A stretch of 64,000 nucleotides of DNA from assembly GCA_965217895.1 (NCBI GenBank), contig CBDCJV010000002.1:896001-960000 (forward strand). The letters run 5' to 3'. The notes beneath the pieces are model-generated. The model was not told where the DNA came from, searched no databases, and worked only from the letters and a program-made list of their open reading frames with translations. This document shows, piece after piece, positions 49,353-59,352 of the stretch (position 1 is its first letter; every line of letters starts with the position of its first letter). Position numbers and translations under genes: made by a program. The DNA comes from Waterburya sp. Lineage in GTDB: Bacteria; Cyanobacteriota; Cyanobacteriia; Cyanobacteriales; Xenococcaceae.

Positions 49353-49462
49353 CGAAATATATCTACAGTATGATTCTTGCGTAAGTCCTATCCTATACAT
49401 TGCTAGGAAATAAAAGGTGTTATCTTAGCTTTGATTATAGCAAGAAGAGTCAAGAGGGAAAC

Positions 49463-50308
49463 ATGAATTTCAATGGTAAGACAGCCATTGTCACTGGTGC
49501 AGGTAGAGGGTTAGGGCTAGCTTACGCTCGAACCCTAGCCGACCTTGGTGCCAATGTCGTAATCAGCGATTTAGGGACGGATCGTGCGGGTGCAGGGATT
49601 GACGACTCAGTGGCATCAAATGCCACGCGCGAGTTGCAAGAAAAGGGTAAAAATGTCATTGCCCATTGCGGTAATCTGTCTGACGAATCGACTTGTCGCG
49701 AGCTAGTAGAACTGACGGTAAATTCTTTCGACAGCCTGGATATTCTTATCCATAATGCTGGGTGGGTAGGCTATCAAGCCATCGAGGAGATAGAGATCAG
49801 TTTTATACAACGTGCCATTGACGTTAATATCCTGGCGACAATCTGGATCTGTAAGCACGCCTGGAATTATCTAAAACAATCATCGACACCAAGAATAGTT
49901 TTGACTACCTCTGATCGTGCCATGTATCAGCGATACGCTCAATCTGGCTTGACTGCCTACGCTGCTGGCAAGATGGCTCAGGTTGGCATCATGAACGCAC
50001 TAAGCATGGAAGGCTTGGAACACAAGATTCTTGTCAATGCGGTATCTCCTGTGGCTAAAACTCGAATGTGGGGAGAAACGGGAACTCCAGACAATCTCAA
50101 GCCCGAATGGGTTACTCCTGGAGTCATTTACCTAGCCAGTGACGCTTGCCAAGATACTGGATTTATTATGCGTGCAAGCAACGGACAGTTTACCGCAACC
50201 CGCTTTGAAGAGAACTCCAAGGTTGACTACCCGATAGATCTGGCGCGAATTAAAGCTAGCAGCGCAGAAGAAATTGCTCAATTGTGGGAATCCATCAAGG
50301 AATGTTGA
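49463..50308 (+). CDS. short-chain dehydrogenase/reductase
   Basis: TGAGRGLG, HNAG, YAAGK (YxxxK); ATG 49463. Confidence 0.88.
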   Translation: MNFNGKTAIVTGAGRGLGLAYARTLADLGANVVISDLGTDRAGAGIDDSVASNATRELQEKGKNVIAHCGNLSDESTCRELVELTVNSFDSLDILIHNAGWVGYQAIEEIEISFIQRAIDVNILATIWICKHAWNYLKQSSTPRIVLTTSDRAMYQRYAQSGLTAYAAGKMAQVGIMNALSMEGLEHKILVNAVSPVAKTRMWGETGTPDNLKPEWVTPGVIYLASDACQDTGFIMRASNGQFTATRFEENSKVDYPIDLARIKASSAEEIAQLWESIKEC

Positions 50309-50422
50309 TATGCTTGCTCAGGAGGTGATTTTACCAAAGAATAGTATTTTCAGTTAAGGAAAAAACAAGGGTTTGGGCTTATTCTGAACTCAGGTTGGTA
50401 AAAATATTTTTTCAGATGCCCT

Positions 50423-51859
50423 CTAAGAATTAGCCCAATCTCTTGCCCATTCTAAAACCTTACGTACTTCAGGCATAGTAGGAGCTTGACAATACAACCG
50501 TAACACTGGCTCTGTGCCACTAAAGCGGATTAGTAACCAAGTCATGTCGCTCATTCTAAATTTATAGCCGTCTACATCCAGGCAATCTATTACAGGCATT
50601 TGGGCTACTTCAGTGGGAGTTTCGTTTTGCAAACGCTCCAGTAGTTTAGCTCGTACCTCCATACTTGCCAAAGGTAAATCAATGCGGTCATAAACAGCCG
50701 TAAAGTTAGTTTTTTGCTGTAGTCTAGCGTAAATAGTACCTAAATCTTCTCCCGACTCCACTACCGCTTCTAAAACATAGAGAGCCGATAATAAAGCATC
50801 TCGCTCAGGTATGTGCGTACCATAGCCAATGCCTCCAGACTCTTCTCCGCCGATCATCACTTCAGCGTGCATCATTCTGTCCCCAATGTATTTATAGCCG
50901 ATGGGGGTTTCATATACGGAACGTCCATAGATTTCAGCTAGACGAGGAATTAAGTCTGAACCACTAACAGTTTTGACAATTTCCCCTGTAAAGCCTTTGC
51001 GCTCTGCCAGGTGTTCGATCAAGATGGGAATTAATACTTGTGAACTAAGAAAATTGCCTTCACCGTCAGCACCAGCAATGCGATCGCTATCTCCGTCAAA
51101 TACTAAGCCAACCCTAAGACTATCAGGGTATTGTTTTGCTCCTTCTTTCATGGCGCGGAAAAAATCAGGCAGATATTTAGGTAAAGGTTCGGGTGCGCCA
51201 CCACCAAATAAAGGATCGCGATCGCTGTTTATTTCTTCTACAGGACAGCCTAATAAACGCTCTAAGCCTGTAGCCGCTGCACCGTGCATCACGTCTACAT
51301 ATACTTTTAATTTTCCAGAAGCGATCGCATTTTTTAGCTTAGGAATATCAACCTTTTGCTGTAATCCCTGACAGTAGCTAGCCCAAGGATCGAACATCTC
51401 TAGTTTTCCTGGTTCTGCTTGAGGGACAGGTTGATCGAGTTTAGCTTCAATTTGCTCGGTAATTTCTGGCGGCACAGAACCACCAAAGGCACTTTTAACT
51501 TTTAAGCCCAAATAGGCAGCAGGGTTATGAGAAGCCGTCATCACAATTGCCCCTAAGGCATTATGTGCCTTTGCTGCCCAACTAAATGCAGGAGTAGGGG
51601 CAAAGCACTCTGACAGCAATACATCAAATCCCGCTGCTTGGATTGATTCTGCGCTTAATTTAGCAAAATCTTCTGCCATAAAACGGCGATCGTAACCAAC
51701 AATAACTGTTTTATTATTTGCCGTATCACCATAATTATCTGCCAAAACTTGAGCGGCGATCGGTGCTAAGGTAGCTACTCGCTCAAAGGTAAAGTCAGCA
51801 GCAATTACTCCACGCCAGCCGTCCGTTCCAAATTTAATTGGATTAAGCTTATAAACCAT
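50423..51859 (-). CDS. phosphoglucomutase/phosphomannomutase
   Basis: FGTDGWRG, TASHNP, DGDSDR, GGEESGG, RFSGTEP. Confidence 0.95.
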   Translation of the reverse strand: MVYKLNPIKFGTDGWRGVIAADFTFERVATLAPIAAQVLADNYGDTANNKTVIVGYDRRFMAEDFAKLSAESIQAAGFDVLLSECFAPTPAFSWAAKAHNALGAIVMTASHNPAAYLGLKVKSAFGGSVPPEITEQIEAKLDQPVPQAEPGKLEMFDPWASYCQGLQQKVDIPKLKNAIASGKLKVYVDVMHGAAATGLERLLGCPVEEINSDRDPLFGGGAPEPLPKYLPDFFRAMKEGAKQYPDSLRVGLVFDGDSDRIAGADGEGNFLSSQVLIPILIEHLAERKGFTGEIVKTVSGSDLIPRLAEIYGRSVYETPIGYKYIGDRMMHAEVMIGGEESGGIGYGTHIPERDALLSALYVLEAVVESGEDLGTIYARLQQKTNFTAVYDRIDLPLASMEVRAKLLERLQNETPTEVAQMPVIDCLDVDGYKFRMSDMTWLLIRFSGTEPVLRLYCQAPTMPEVRKVLEWARDWANS

Positions 51860-51969
51860 AAAATTTAAAATTTAGTGACCAAAAATAACACCTTTTAGAT
51901 TAACTGTTTCTCCACAGTTTGAAAACCTGAAAAGGATCACAACCAAGTCCAATATTTTCTCGTAACCGC

Positions 51970-52287
51970 TTAAACTTCTTTTGATGAGTTGTCCTGACTT
52001 TGCTCTATATTCTGCAATAAATCTTTTAATCTCATTCTTTCAATGTAAGGCCAGCCACCTTTTTCTTCAATATCCTTTACAAACTGATATAGATCGTTGC
52101 GAGTCTGAGGCAGAGCTTTTTCAAAAAAACTTACTCTGATTTGACGATGAATTTGTTCTAAATCTCGTAACAAAGACAATAAAAACAGACTATCATTTTG
52201 ATTTTCTGCTGCTAAGGCACAAATATCTTTGGCTGCGTCTTGCAATACATTATCCGAACTCATATTAATATCTCGATCTTCAGTCAT
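51970..52287 (-). CDS. conserved cyanobacterial hypothetical protein
   Basis: LLRDLEQIHRQIR...LP.TR..LY...DIEEKGGWPYIERMRL. Confidence 0.75.
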   Translation of the reverse strand: MTEDRDINMSSDNVLQDAAKDICALAAENQNDSLFLLSLLRDLEQIHRQIRVSFFEKALPQTRNDLYQFVKDIEEKGGWPYIERMRLKDLLQNIEQSQDNSSKEV

Positions 52288-52330
52288 CTGTCAAACACAG
52301 TAAAAATAAACTTTGTCTACTTTATATACA

Positions 52331-52597
52331 GGCGTTGCTGAACGTGTAATGCTAAAACAAAATTTTACTTATCTATTCATCAACATGGCGATTAGAGATG
52401 CTCTCTGACCGAGAGCCTCTCTCGCCATCAAGACAGATTGCTCAAAAGCTAATAGTAAGGGCGACCCTGCGTCGGCGTAAGACGCAAGACAAAGGCTTTA
52501 GCCGCATGTACGCGCCCGAACCCGAAGGGCTAACGGCAAACAGCTAAGAGCTACGAACAGAATTATTATGTATGTTATTACTCAAATCAGCAACGCC
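52331..52597. mobile_element. MITE with GGCGTTGCTGA TIRs and 9-bp TSD, containing nested micro-elements
   Basis: GGCGTTGCTGA / TCAGCAACGCC; DR TTATATACA (52322-52330, 52598-52606); 48-nt hairpin at 52381-52428. Confidence 0.85.
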
Positions 52598-52853
52598 TTA
52601 TATACAATTCACTTCGATACTAAACCGATTCCACTATCCTTGTCTGCAAAATAATTCAGTATTATGAGATTTTTAGGCGATCGGATTATTTAGTAGTACT
52701 TATTTGGTAGAGTAGAAAGCATCTATAAAAATGGCTAAATTATTACAACAGCCTATTTTTGACATCTTTCGCGCTCGATGTCATCGCTACTCTGCTTTGT
52801 AAAGATAGAGTTGGTGATGACTGCCTTCCGCAGTTAAATCTAAAATTGACAAA

Positions 52854-53693
52854 ATGAAGTTGACTATGAGATACCGTACAATTATTGCTAGCCTTCTAGC
52901 ATTATGCTTAGGAGTGCTAACAGCCTGTAGTGATTCTAGTAAAGTAAGCAGAAACGAATTAACTTACGACGAAATTCTTAACACGGGAATAGCTAATACT
53001 TGTTTAGAATTACCCAATAGCAGTCGTGGGACTATCGCTATTGAATCAGGTAAAAACTATGCTATTCGCGATTTGTGCCTAGAACCTAGAGAATATTTCG
53101 TTAAAGAAGAACCCGTTAGTAAACGTCAAAAAGCTGAATACATCCAAGGCAAATTATTAACTAGATATACTTCTAGTCTCGATCAGATCCAAGGCAAAAT
53201 CGATCCTAACTCTGATGGAACTTTAACTTTCACCGAGATCGATGGTCTTGATTTCCAACCAGCTACGGTTTTGCTACCTGGTGGGAAAGAAGTTCCTTTC
53301 CTCTTTACTATGAAGCAATTTGTTGGCACTACTCTAGGTAGTGCTGATTCTATCAATACTTCAACCGACTTTGAGGGCGAATTTAATGTGCCTTCTTATC
53401 GTGGTCAAGTTTTCTTAGATCCAAAAGGACGTAGCCTTGCTAGTGGTTATGATAATGCCGTTGCTTTGCCTGGGTTAGCAGATGACTCTAGATTTTCTAA
53501 CGCCAACGTCAAAGAGTTTGTCTCTCGTAAAGGCAAAATGTCTCTTAATGTCACCAAAATAGATAGTGAAACTGGAGAGATTGCTGGTGTATTTGAAAGT
53601 GAGCAACCTTCTGCTACTGATTTGGGTGCAGAAGAGCCAGAAGAGGTTAAAGTTCGTGGTATTTTCTACGCCAGAGTTGAATCTAATGTTTAA
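52854..53693 (+). CDS. psbO: photosystem II manganese-stabilising protein
   Basis: LTYDEI..TGIANTC, DGLDFQP.TVLLPGG.EVPFLFT, PSYRG..FLDPKGR..ASGYDNAVALP. Confidence 0.97.
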   Translation: MKLTMRYRTIIASLLALCLGVLTACSDSSKVSRNELTYDEILNTGIANTCLELPNSSRGTIAIESGKNYAIRDLCLEPREYFVKEEPVSKRQKAEYIQGKLLTRYTSSLDQIQGKIDPNSDGTLTFTEIDGLDFQPATVLLPGGKEVPFLFTMKQFVGTTLGSADSINTSTDFEGEFNVPSYRGQVFLDPKGRSLASGYDNAVALPGLADDSRFSNANVKEFVSRKGKMSLNVTKIDSETGEIAGVFESEQPSATDLGAEEPEEVKVRGIFYARVESNV

Positions 53694-53759
53694 TCTTTTA
53701 AATAACATTAATTTAGCTATTTAATTTACTAGTTATTTTCAAATAAGCTAATACTATTA

Positions 53760-53781
53760 GGGGCGAAAGCCCCATTTTTTT
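53760..53781 (+). terminator. Rho-independent terminator of psbO
   Basis: GGGGC-GAAA-GCCCC followed by A and T7. Confidence 0.85.
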
Positions 53782-54059
53782 GCTCAAAAATATATATTTT
53801 ATTAATAGCTTTAAATGAGATTATATAATAGTTGCATTAGTGTAAACACTTAATAAACCGGTGTTTACACAGAAAACAATCCCAAATATTAAGTGTAAAT
53901 CGGGTCTTTATTTAAACTTGATAAAACAATAATAGTGTAAATGCTGTTGTCCTAGATAGAGAATAAATAATAAGCTGAAATTGTTCGCAAACAGATTTTA
54001 TTCAATCAAGTAAATATTAACTTTTAAATTAAATATTCTCTCTATCTAGGAATAAATTA

Positions 54060-54836
54060 ATGACGGCTTGTATTAGCAAACATATTAAAATAGACAGTCT
54101 TTTTCTATTTCAGGAGTATCAACAAAAACCAAACACAAATATCCGTAATCAGATTATGGAACTAAACTTTGGTTTAGTAAAAAAAGAAGCTTATCATTGG
54201 ATGAACCAATGCCATGAGAGTTACGAGGATTTATTACAGGTTGGTTCTATTGGCTTAATTAGAGCGATTGAACGTTTTAGTGTTGAAAAGGGTAATGCTT
54301 TTAGTTCTTTTGCAATTCCTTATATCAGAGGCGAAATTCAACACTATCTTCGAGATAAAAGTAGCACTCTCAGGATTCCCAGACGCTGGTTAGAATTAAG
54401 GCAACAATCAGTAGCCTTTGTGCATAATTTTCGTGAAGAATATCACCGTCAGCCAACCAATTTAGAAATTGCCAACTATCTAAACGTATCAGTTAAAGAG
54501 TGGCAAGATATCAAGCTGGCATATCAAAATCGTAAACCTTTAAGTCTAGATATTTCCGTTAATAATGACGTAGAAAATCAAACTAGTCTATGTGATATGG
54601 TTGCCGATCCAAAAAATCGTAGTTTTCAGTTGGCTCACGAAGATAGAATACGTTTACAACAGGCTTTATCAGAATTAGAAGAACGAACCAGAGATGTTTT
54701 AGAGTTTGTTTTTCTCCATGATTTAACTCAAAAAGAGACAGCGAAAATGCTAGGAATTAGCGTTGTAACTGTTTCTCGTCAAATGAAAAAAGGTTTAAAT
54801 TTACTAAAAAAATCAATGACTCAAGAAAACCCATAG
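54060..54836 (+). CDS. sigF: group 3 sigma factor SigF
   Basis: EDLLQVGSIGLIRAIERF..EKGNAFSSFAIPYIRGEIQHYLRDK, region 4 LTQKETAKMLGIS; located after psbO. Confidence 0.9.
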   Translation: MTACISKHIKIDSLFLFQEYQQKPNTNIRNQIMELNFGLVKKEAYHWMNQCHESYEDLLQVGSIGLIRAIERFSVEKGNAFSSFAIPYIRGEIQHYLRDKSSTLRIPRRWLELRQQSVAFVHNFREEYHRQPTNLEIANYLNVSVKEWQDIKLAYQNRKPLSLDISVNNDVENQTSLCDMVADPKNRSFQLAHEDRIRLQQALSELEERTRDVLEFVFLHDLTQKETAKMLGISVVTVSRQMKKGLNLLKKSMTQENP

Positions 54837-54941
54837 TTTCTCATCTATAGCCGATCTAAAAATCAACTGTTATCTTGGAGCTTAAGCTATTTGGTTAAAT
54901 ATTGAATAAGGTAATTTTAATTAAACCTTAGACTAATTATT

Positions 54942-55739
54942 ATGAATAAAGTCGTATTATTGACATTAACTGGAACGATAGCTTTGCTAACTCAAAGCTG
55001 TTCTCTTTTCTCCAATTTTGCTGATTCTCAAAAGGAGCAAGAAGAAAATGCTGCTCAACCTATCCCTGTTCAAACAGATCCTGCTCAAGCTCAAACAGAA
55101 GAAGCAGAATTCGCTGATTTGGGTCAAGAAAATGAACCCGCTCAAGAAATTGCTGGTTTGATTCCTGCAACTAATCCTGATGTCAGAGCTAGAACAAGTG
55201 TTCGTGGCAGACAAGATCCTTTCTCAGTAGTTAATTTAACGCCACGCATTGCTATCAAAGAACAAGAAGAGACAAAACAGGCAAAAGACAGCAATCAAAA
55301 TCAAAACCAAAATAATAATAGTTTGAGCAATAATGCCAATCTTAACGGAGGCTCAAATCAGAATAGTAATGGCTCAATTGATGACAATTCAACCAACTTT
55401 ACTGCTCTAGCACCTCCTGACTCCACTTTGGCTCAAAATGTAATCGTCTCAGGGTTATATCAGGGTAATGGCAGAGCAAAATTAATTGTAAAAGCACCAG
55501 AAGAAGATACTAGCCGTTATGTAGAGGTGGGTCAATATTTATCTAATGGTCAGATATTGGTTAAAAGTATCGATCTCAATTATTCTCCTACTCCAAGGGT
55601 GATTTTAGAACAGTCTGGGGTTGAAGTTTTTAAAGAAATTGGCGAAAGTCCTGAAAATTCTAACGGTAACAATATTAGCTCTTTGCCAACTGATAATTCT
55701 CGCACTTTACTATCTAATGCTTCATTGGGCTTAAAATGA
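54942..55739 (+). CDS. hypothetical lipoprotein
   Basis: Lipobox-like TQSC; GLIPATNP...GRQDPF; KAPEEDTSRYVEVGQYLSNGQILVKSI. Confidence 0.7.
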   Translation: MNKVVLLTLTGTIALLTQSCSLFSNFADSQKEQEENAAQPIPVQTDPAQAQTEEAEFADLGQENEPAQEIAGLIPATNPDVRARTSVRGRQDPFSVVNLTPRIAIKEQEETKQAKDSNQNQNQNNNSLSNNANLNGGSNQNSNGSIDDNSTNFTALAPPDSTLAQNVIVSGLYQGNGRAKLIVKAPEEDTSRYVEVGQYLSNGQILVKSIDLNYSPTPRVILEQSGVEVFKEIGESPENSNGNNISSLPTDNSRTLLSNASLGLK

Positions 55740-55879
55740 GCTAATTAAAAGTAAATCTACTCAAAAAGCGATCGCGGTATTTAAATACCGCGATCGCTTT
55801 CTAGATAATTATTTATCAAATTGAGATAAGCCGATAAAATAGTTAAGTAGGTTTAGGGATATCGATCTGAGCTAGAAAC

Positions 55880-56470
55880 ATGAGTAAGAAAGCAGAATTG
55901 TTAGAAGCGATCGCTGGCAAAAATCGGGGCTTGTTGGCTAATGAAATTGATAATGTTAAAGTCCTCTCAGCAATCCAACAGTTAGAAGACACTAATCCTA
56001 CCAAAAATCCTTTAGAAGCCAAAGATTTACTTAATGGTGACTGGCGTTTGTTGTATACCACCAGTAAAGGTCTTCTGGGTCTAGATCGTTTTCCTCTGTT
56101 AAAGCTAGGACAAATTTATCAGTGTATTCGCGTACCCCAAGCCAAAGTTTATAATATTGCCGAGATTATCGGCTTACCGATGCTAGAAGGCTTAGTTAGC
56201 GTTGCTGCTAGCTTTGAACCAGTTTCCGAACGCCGAGTTAACGTTATGTTTGAACGCTCCATCTTCGGCTTGCAGCGTCTACTCAGTTACAACACCCCCG
56301 CAAAACTTATTCAGCAGATTGAATCGGGCAAAAAATTTCTGCCTCTAGATTTTAAAATTGATCGTGGCGATCAAAGAGGCTGGTTGGATATTACTTATTT
56401 GGATGAAGATATACGCATTGGTCGAGGAAATGAAGGCAGTGTCTTTGTCTTAACTAAAGAAGTTGCCTGA
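55880..56470 (+). CDS. PAP/fibrillin family protein
   Basis: LNGDWRLLYTTS, GWLDITYLDEDIRIGRGNEGSVFVL. Confidence 0.92.
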   Translation: MSKKAELLEAIAGKNRGLLANEIDNVKVLSAIQQLEDTNPTKNPLEAKDLLNGDWRLLYTTSKGLLGLDRFPLLKLGQIYQCIRVPQAKVYNIAEIIGLPMLEGLVSVAASFEPVSERRVNVMFERSIFGLQRLLSYNTPAKLIQQIESGKKFLPLDFKIDRGDQRGWLDITYLDEDIRIGRGNEGSVFVLTKEVA

Positions 56471-56602
56471 AATTAGATTTTGCTAAGTATAGCGACCAAG
56501 CACAGATAATCAGGTCACACACAAAATATTCAAAAATATATCTTAAGGAATAATCTAATCCGATCATAAATATGATTTATTTAAAGTAATTAAATATACT
56601 TT

Positions 56603-56800
56603 ACGTCTGGTGTGAATTAAAACTTGCTTTTAGGATAGCTTTGGTTATGAAAATATTAGCTTTTTCGAGTTGCAGGAGAATAAACACGCCTTCTAAGCTA
56701 TAAAAAGTGATGAATTTTTACGTAGTTTTTTAAAGCTAAGAGTTGATAGCTAATAGCTAAAAACTAGTAAATTAGAGCGAAGCTAATTCACACTAAGCGT
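56603..56800. mobile_element. MITE (ACG..TGTGAATT TIR family)
   Basis: ACGTCTGGTGTGAATT / AATTCACACTAAGCGT; 5-bp DR ACTTT. Confidence 0.8.
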
Positions 56801-56824
56801 ACTTTAGATAATTATTTACAGATT

Positions 56825-57676
56825 ATGGCTGCAACTAAAAATCAAGATCGTGACAACTCAGAATTTGAAGATTATGCTCAAAAGTCCTCAACAGGACAGT
56901 TAATAATTATTGGTGGTGCAGAAGACAAAGAGGGAGAATGCACAATTTTAAGAGAGTTTGTCCGACGCGCAGGAGGTAGAGAAGCCAAAATTGCAATCAT
57001 GACTGTAGCAACAAGGTTACCAGGAGAAGTTGGCAATGATTATCGACGTATTTTTAGCGATATGGGCGTAGACGTAATAGATATCGTCGATACCGAAAGA
57101 GAAGAAGATGTGGATAGCCCTAGAGATTTAGAAGTTATTGAAAACTCTACTGGAGTGTTTTTTACTGGGGGAGATCAATCTCGCATTACAAATTTGCTCA
57201 AAGACACTAAAATTGATAATTTGTTACATCGCAAACTTGCTCAAGGTTTGGTGATTGGCGGTACAAGTGCAGGAGCAGCCATGATGCCTGATGTTATGAT
57301 TGTTGAGGGAGAAGGCGAAACTAATCCCCGTGTCGATAGCGTTACTTTAGAGCCTGGAATGGGTTTTCTCTCACGGGTAGCGATCGATCAACACTTTTCC
57401 CAAAGAGGAAGATTGGGTAGATTTATCTCGGCTTTAATTCAACAACCTGCTGTATTAGGGTTTGGTATTGATGAGAATACAGCGATCGCCGTTGACGGTG
57501 ACGAGGTAGAAGTTATCGGTGAAGGCGCGGTGACCATTATTGATGTTTCAGATATTGAATATACTAACCTCAAAGAATCTTTGCACGATGAGTCTTTAGC
57601 AATTTGTGGCGCAAAGATACATATTTTGCCCCGTGGCTATCGGTTTAATCTTCAGCAAAGAAAATGTATTTATTAA
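56825..57676 (+). CDS. cphB: cyanophycinase
   Basis: IIGGAEDK, FTGGDQ, GTSAGA, IDQHFSQRGRLGR, GIDENT. Confidence 0.93.
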   Translation: MAATKNQDRDNSEFEDYAQKSSTGQLIIIGGAEDKEGECTILREFVRRAGGREAKIAIMTVATRLPGEVGNDYRRIFSDMGVDVIDIVDTEREEDVDSPRDLEVIENSTGVFFTGGDQSRITNLLKDTKIDNLLHRKLAQGLVIGGTSAGAAMMPDVMIVEGEGETNPRVDSVTLEPGMGFLSRVAIDQHFSQRGRLGRFISALIQQPAVLGFGIDENTAIAVDGDEVEVIGEGAVTIIDVSDIEYTNLKESLHDESLAICGAKIHILPRGYRFNLQQRKCIY

Positions 57677-57688
57677 ATAGAATGAATT

Positions 57689-57868
57689 GTGAAGTTTCTA
57701 ATTGATGTTAATACTAGTCGCTCTCTGGGAAATCATCTGTTAGCCAAAGGTTATGACGTGGCATATGTGAATGAAGTTGACCAAAAGATGGTAGAGAAGA
57801 TATTCTGGCATGGGCAGTGCGAGAACAACAAATAATCTTAACCACTGATAATGATTTTGAACAAATAG
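57689..57868 (+). pseudogene. DUF5615 PIN-like toxin remnant
   Basis: GTG-KFLIDVNTSRSLGNHLLAKGYDV..., frameshift, then EDILAWAVREQQIILTTDNDF. Confidence 0.65.
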
Positions 57869-57973
57869 ATAGAAATAATTTCTCTGATACCCGTTTAAGA
57901 TTCCTGATAGTGCTTAAACTATAGATCATTATCAAAAGCAGCTTAAATCAAGATTCACTAGAGGTGCAACATC

Positions 57974-59032
57974 ATGAGTAATTCAGCTAAAAAACCCATC
58001 GGCATTATCGGTGCTTCTGGATATGGAGGGGTTCAATTAGTCAGACTTCTCCTGGAACATCCTGAAGCAGAAATTGTTTATTTAGGCGGTGATAGCAGCG
58101 CAGGTAAACAGTATGGCTCTATTTATCCTCATCTGGCTCATTGCGTAGATCTTAATGTCGAAAAAATCGATTTAGATCTAGTTGCTTCTCGCTGCGAAGC
58201 TGTATTTTTAGGCTTACCAAACGGTTTAGCCTGCGATATTGCTCCAGCTTTAATCGAGAAAGGATGCAAAGTGTTAGATCTTTCTGCGGACTATCGCTTT
58301 AGTAATTTAGACACTTATACAGATTGGTATAAAAAAGCACGCAAAGATCTGGCGATCGCTAGCAAAGCCGTTTATGGTTTACCTGAGCTACATCGTGAAC
58401 AAATAAAACAAGCTGCTTTAATCGGCTGTCCTGGCTGCTATCCCACCGCTAGTTTGTTGGCTCTAGCACCATTACTCAAAAATGGCTTAGTTGACCCATC
58501 AACAGCTATTATAGATGCCAAATCAGGTACGTCTGGAGGGGGTCGTCAGGCAAAAACCAGTATGCTGTTAGCAGAAGCAGATAATTCTTTGGCAGCCTAT
58601 GGAGTTGCTAATCACCGTCATACCCCCGAAATTGAGCAGGTTTGTAGCTCCTTAGCTCATCAAGAGATTACGGTACAGTTTACTCCTCATTTGATTCCTA
58701 TGGTTCGGGGAATACTATCAACGGTTTATGCAACCTTGAGAGATCCTGGTCTAGTTAGAGAAGACTTGTTGACTATTTATTCTGCTTTCTATCGCTCATC
58801 AAGCTTTGTCAAAATTCTACCTAGTGGTGTTTATCCTCAAACCAAATGGGCGTGGGGAACTAATTTAGCCTATATTGGCATTCAGGTAGACTCCCGTACA
58901 GGAAGAGTGATAGTGATGTCTGCTATTGATAATCTGATTAAAGGTCAAGCAGGTCAAGCGGTGCAATGTCTCAATTTGATGATGGGTTGGGACGAAGCTG
59001 TTGGTTTGCCTAAGCTTAGTTTTTATCCTTAA
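57974..59032 (+). CDS. argC: N-acetyl-gamma-glutamyl-phosphate reductase
   Basis: [43 protein letters not shown]. Confidence 0.97.
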   Translation: MSNSAKKPIGIIGASGYGGVQLVRLLLEHPEAEIVYLGGDSSAGKQYGSIYPHLAHCVDLNVEKIDLDLVASRCEAVFLGLPNGLACDIAPALIEKGCKVLDLSADYRFSNLDTYTDWYKKARKDLAIASKAVYGLPELHREQIKQAALIGCPGCYPTASLLALAPLLKNGLVDPSTAIIDAKSGTSGGGRQAKTSMLLAEADNSLAAYGVANHRHTPEIEQVCSSLAHQEITVQFTPHLIPMVRGILSTVYATLRDPGLVREDLLTIYSAFYRSSSFVKILPSGVYPQTKWAWGTNLAYIGIQVDSRTGRVIVMSAIDNLIKGQAGQAVQCLNLMMGWDEAVGLPKLSFYP

Positions 59033-59352
59033 TACTTCTTCAAGGCGTAAAATATAAGGTTAGTGTTGATACAATTTTGGTAAGTACACTATTGATATAA
59101 TCCCTTTACTAAAAGTAATTAGCATAAAATAAATATTTCTGATTTATAACTAGTTACTTAAAGAATAAAAAAGCGATGGGATACCCTAGCGGGTTCAACA
59201 GTAGATATGGACAAGTTTTTTTGTTTCAAGGGAGGAACACAGCCAAGGAACTGTCTTGCAAGAGTAAGAAGTTGTATCAAAGTATAAGCCTTGCGTTGTC
59301 TGCAACTGTGCGCATCAAGAAAGCGATCGCGCTTTAGCCCCCTAACAAAAAC

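Noticed and set aside
57689..57868. Functional PIN toxin-antitoxin module
   Set aside because: Frameshifted and truncated, with no DUF433 antitoxin upstream
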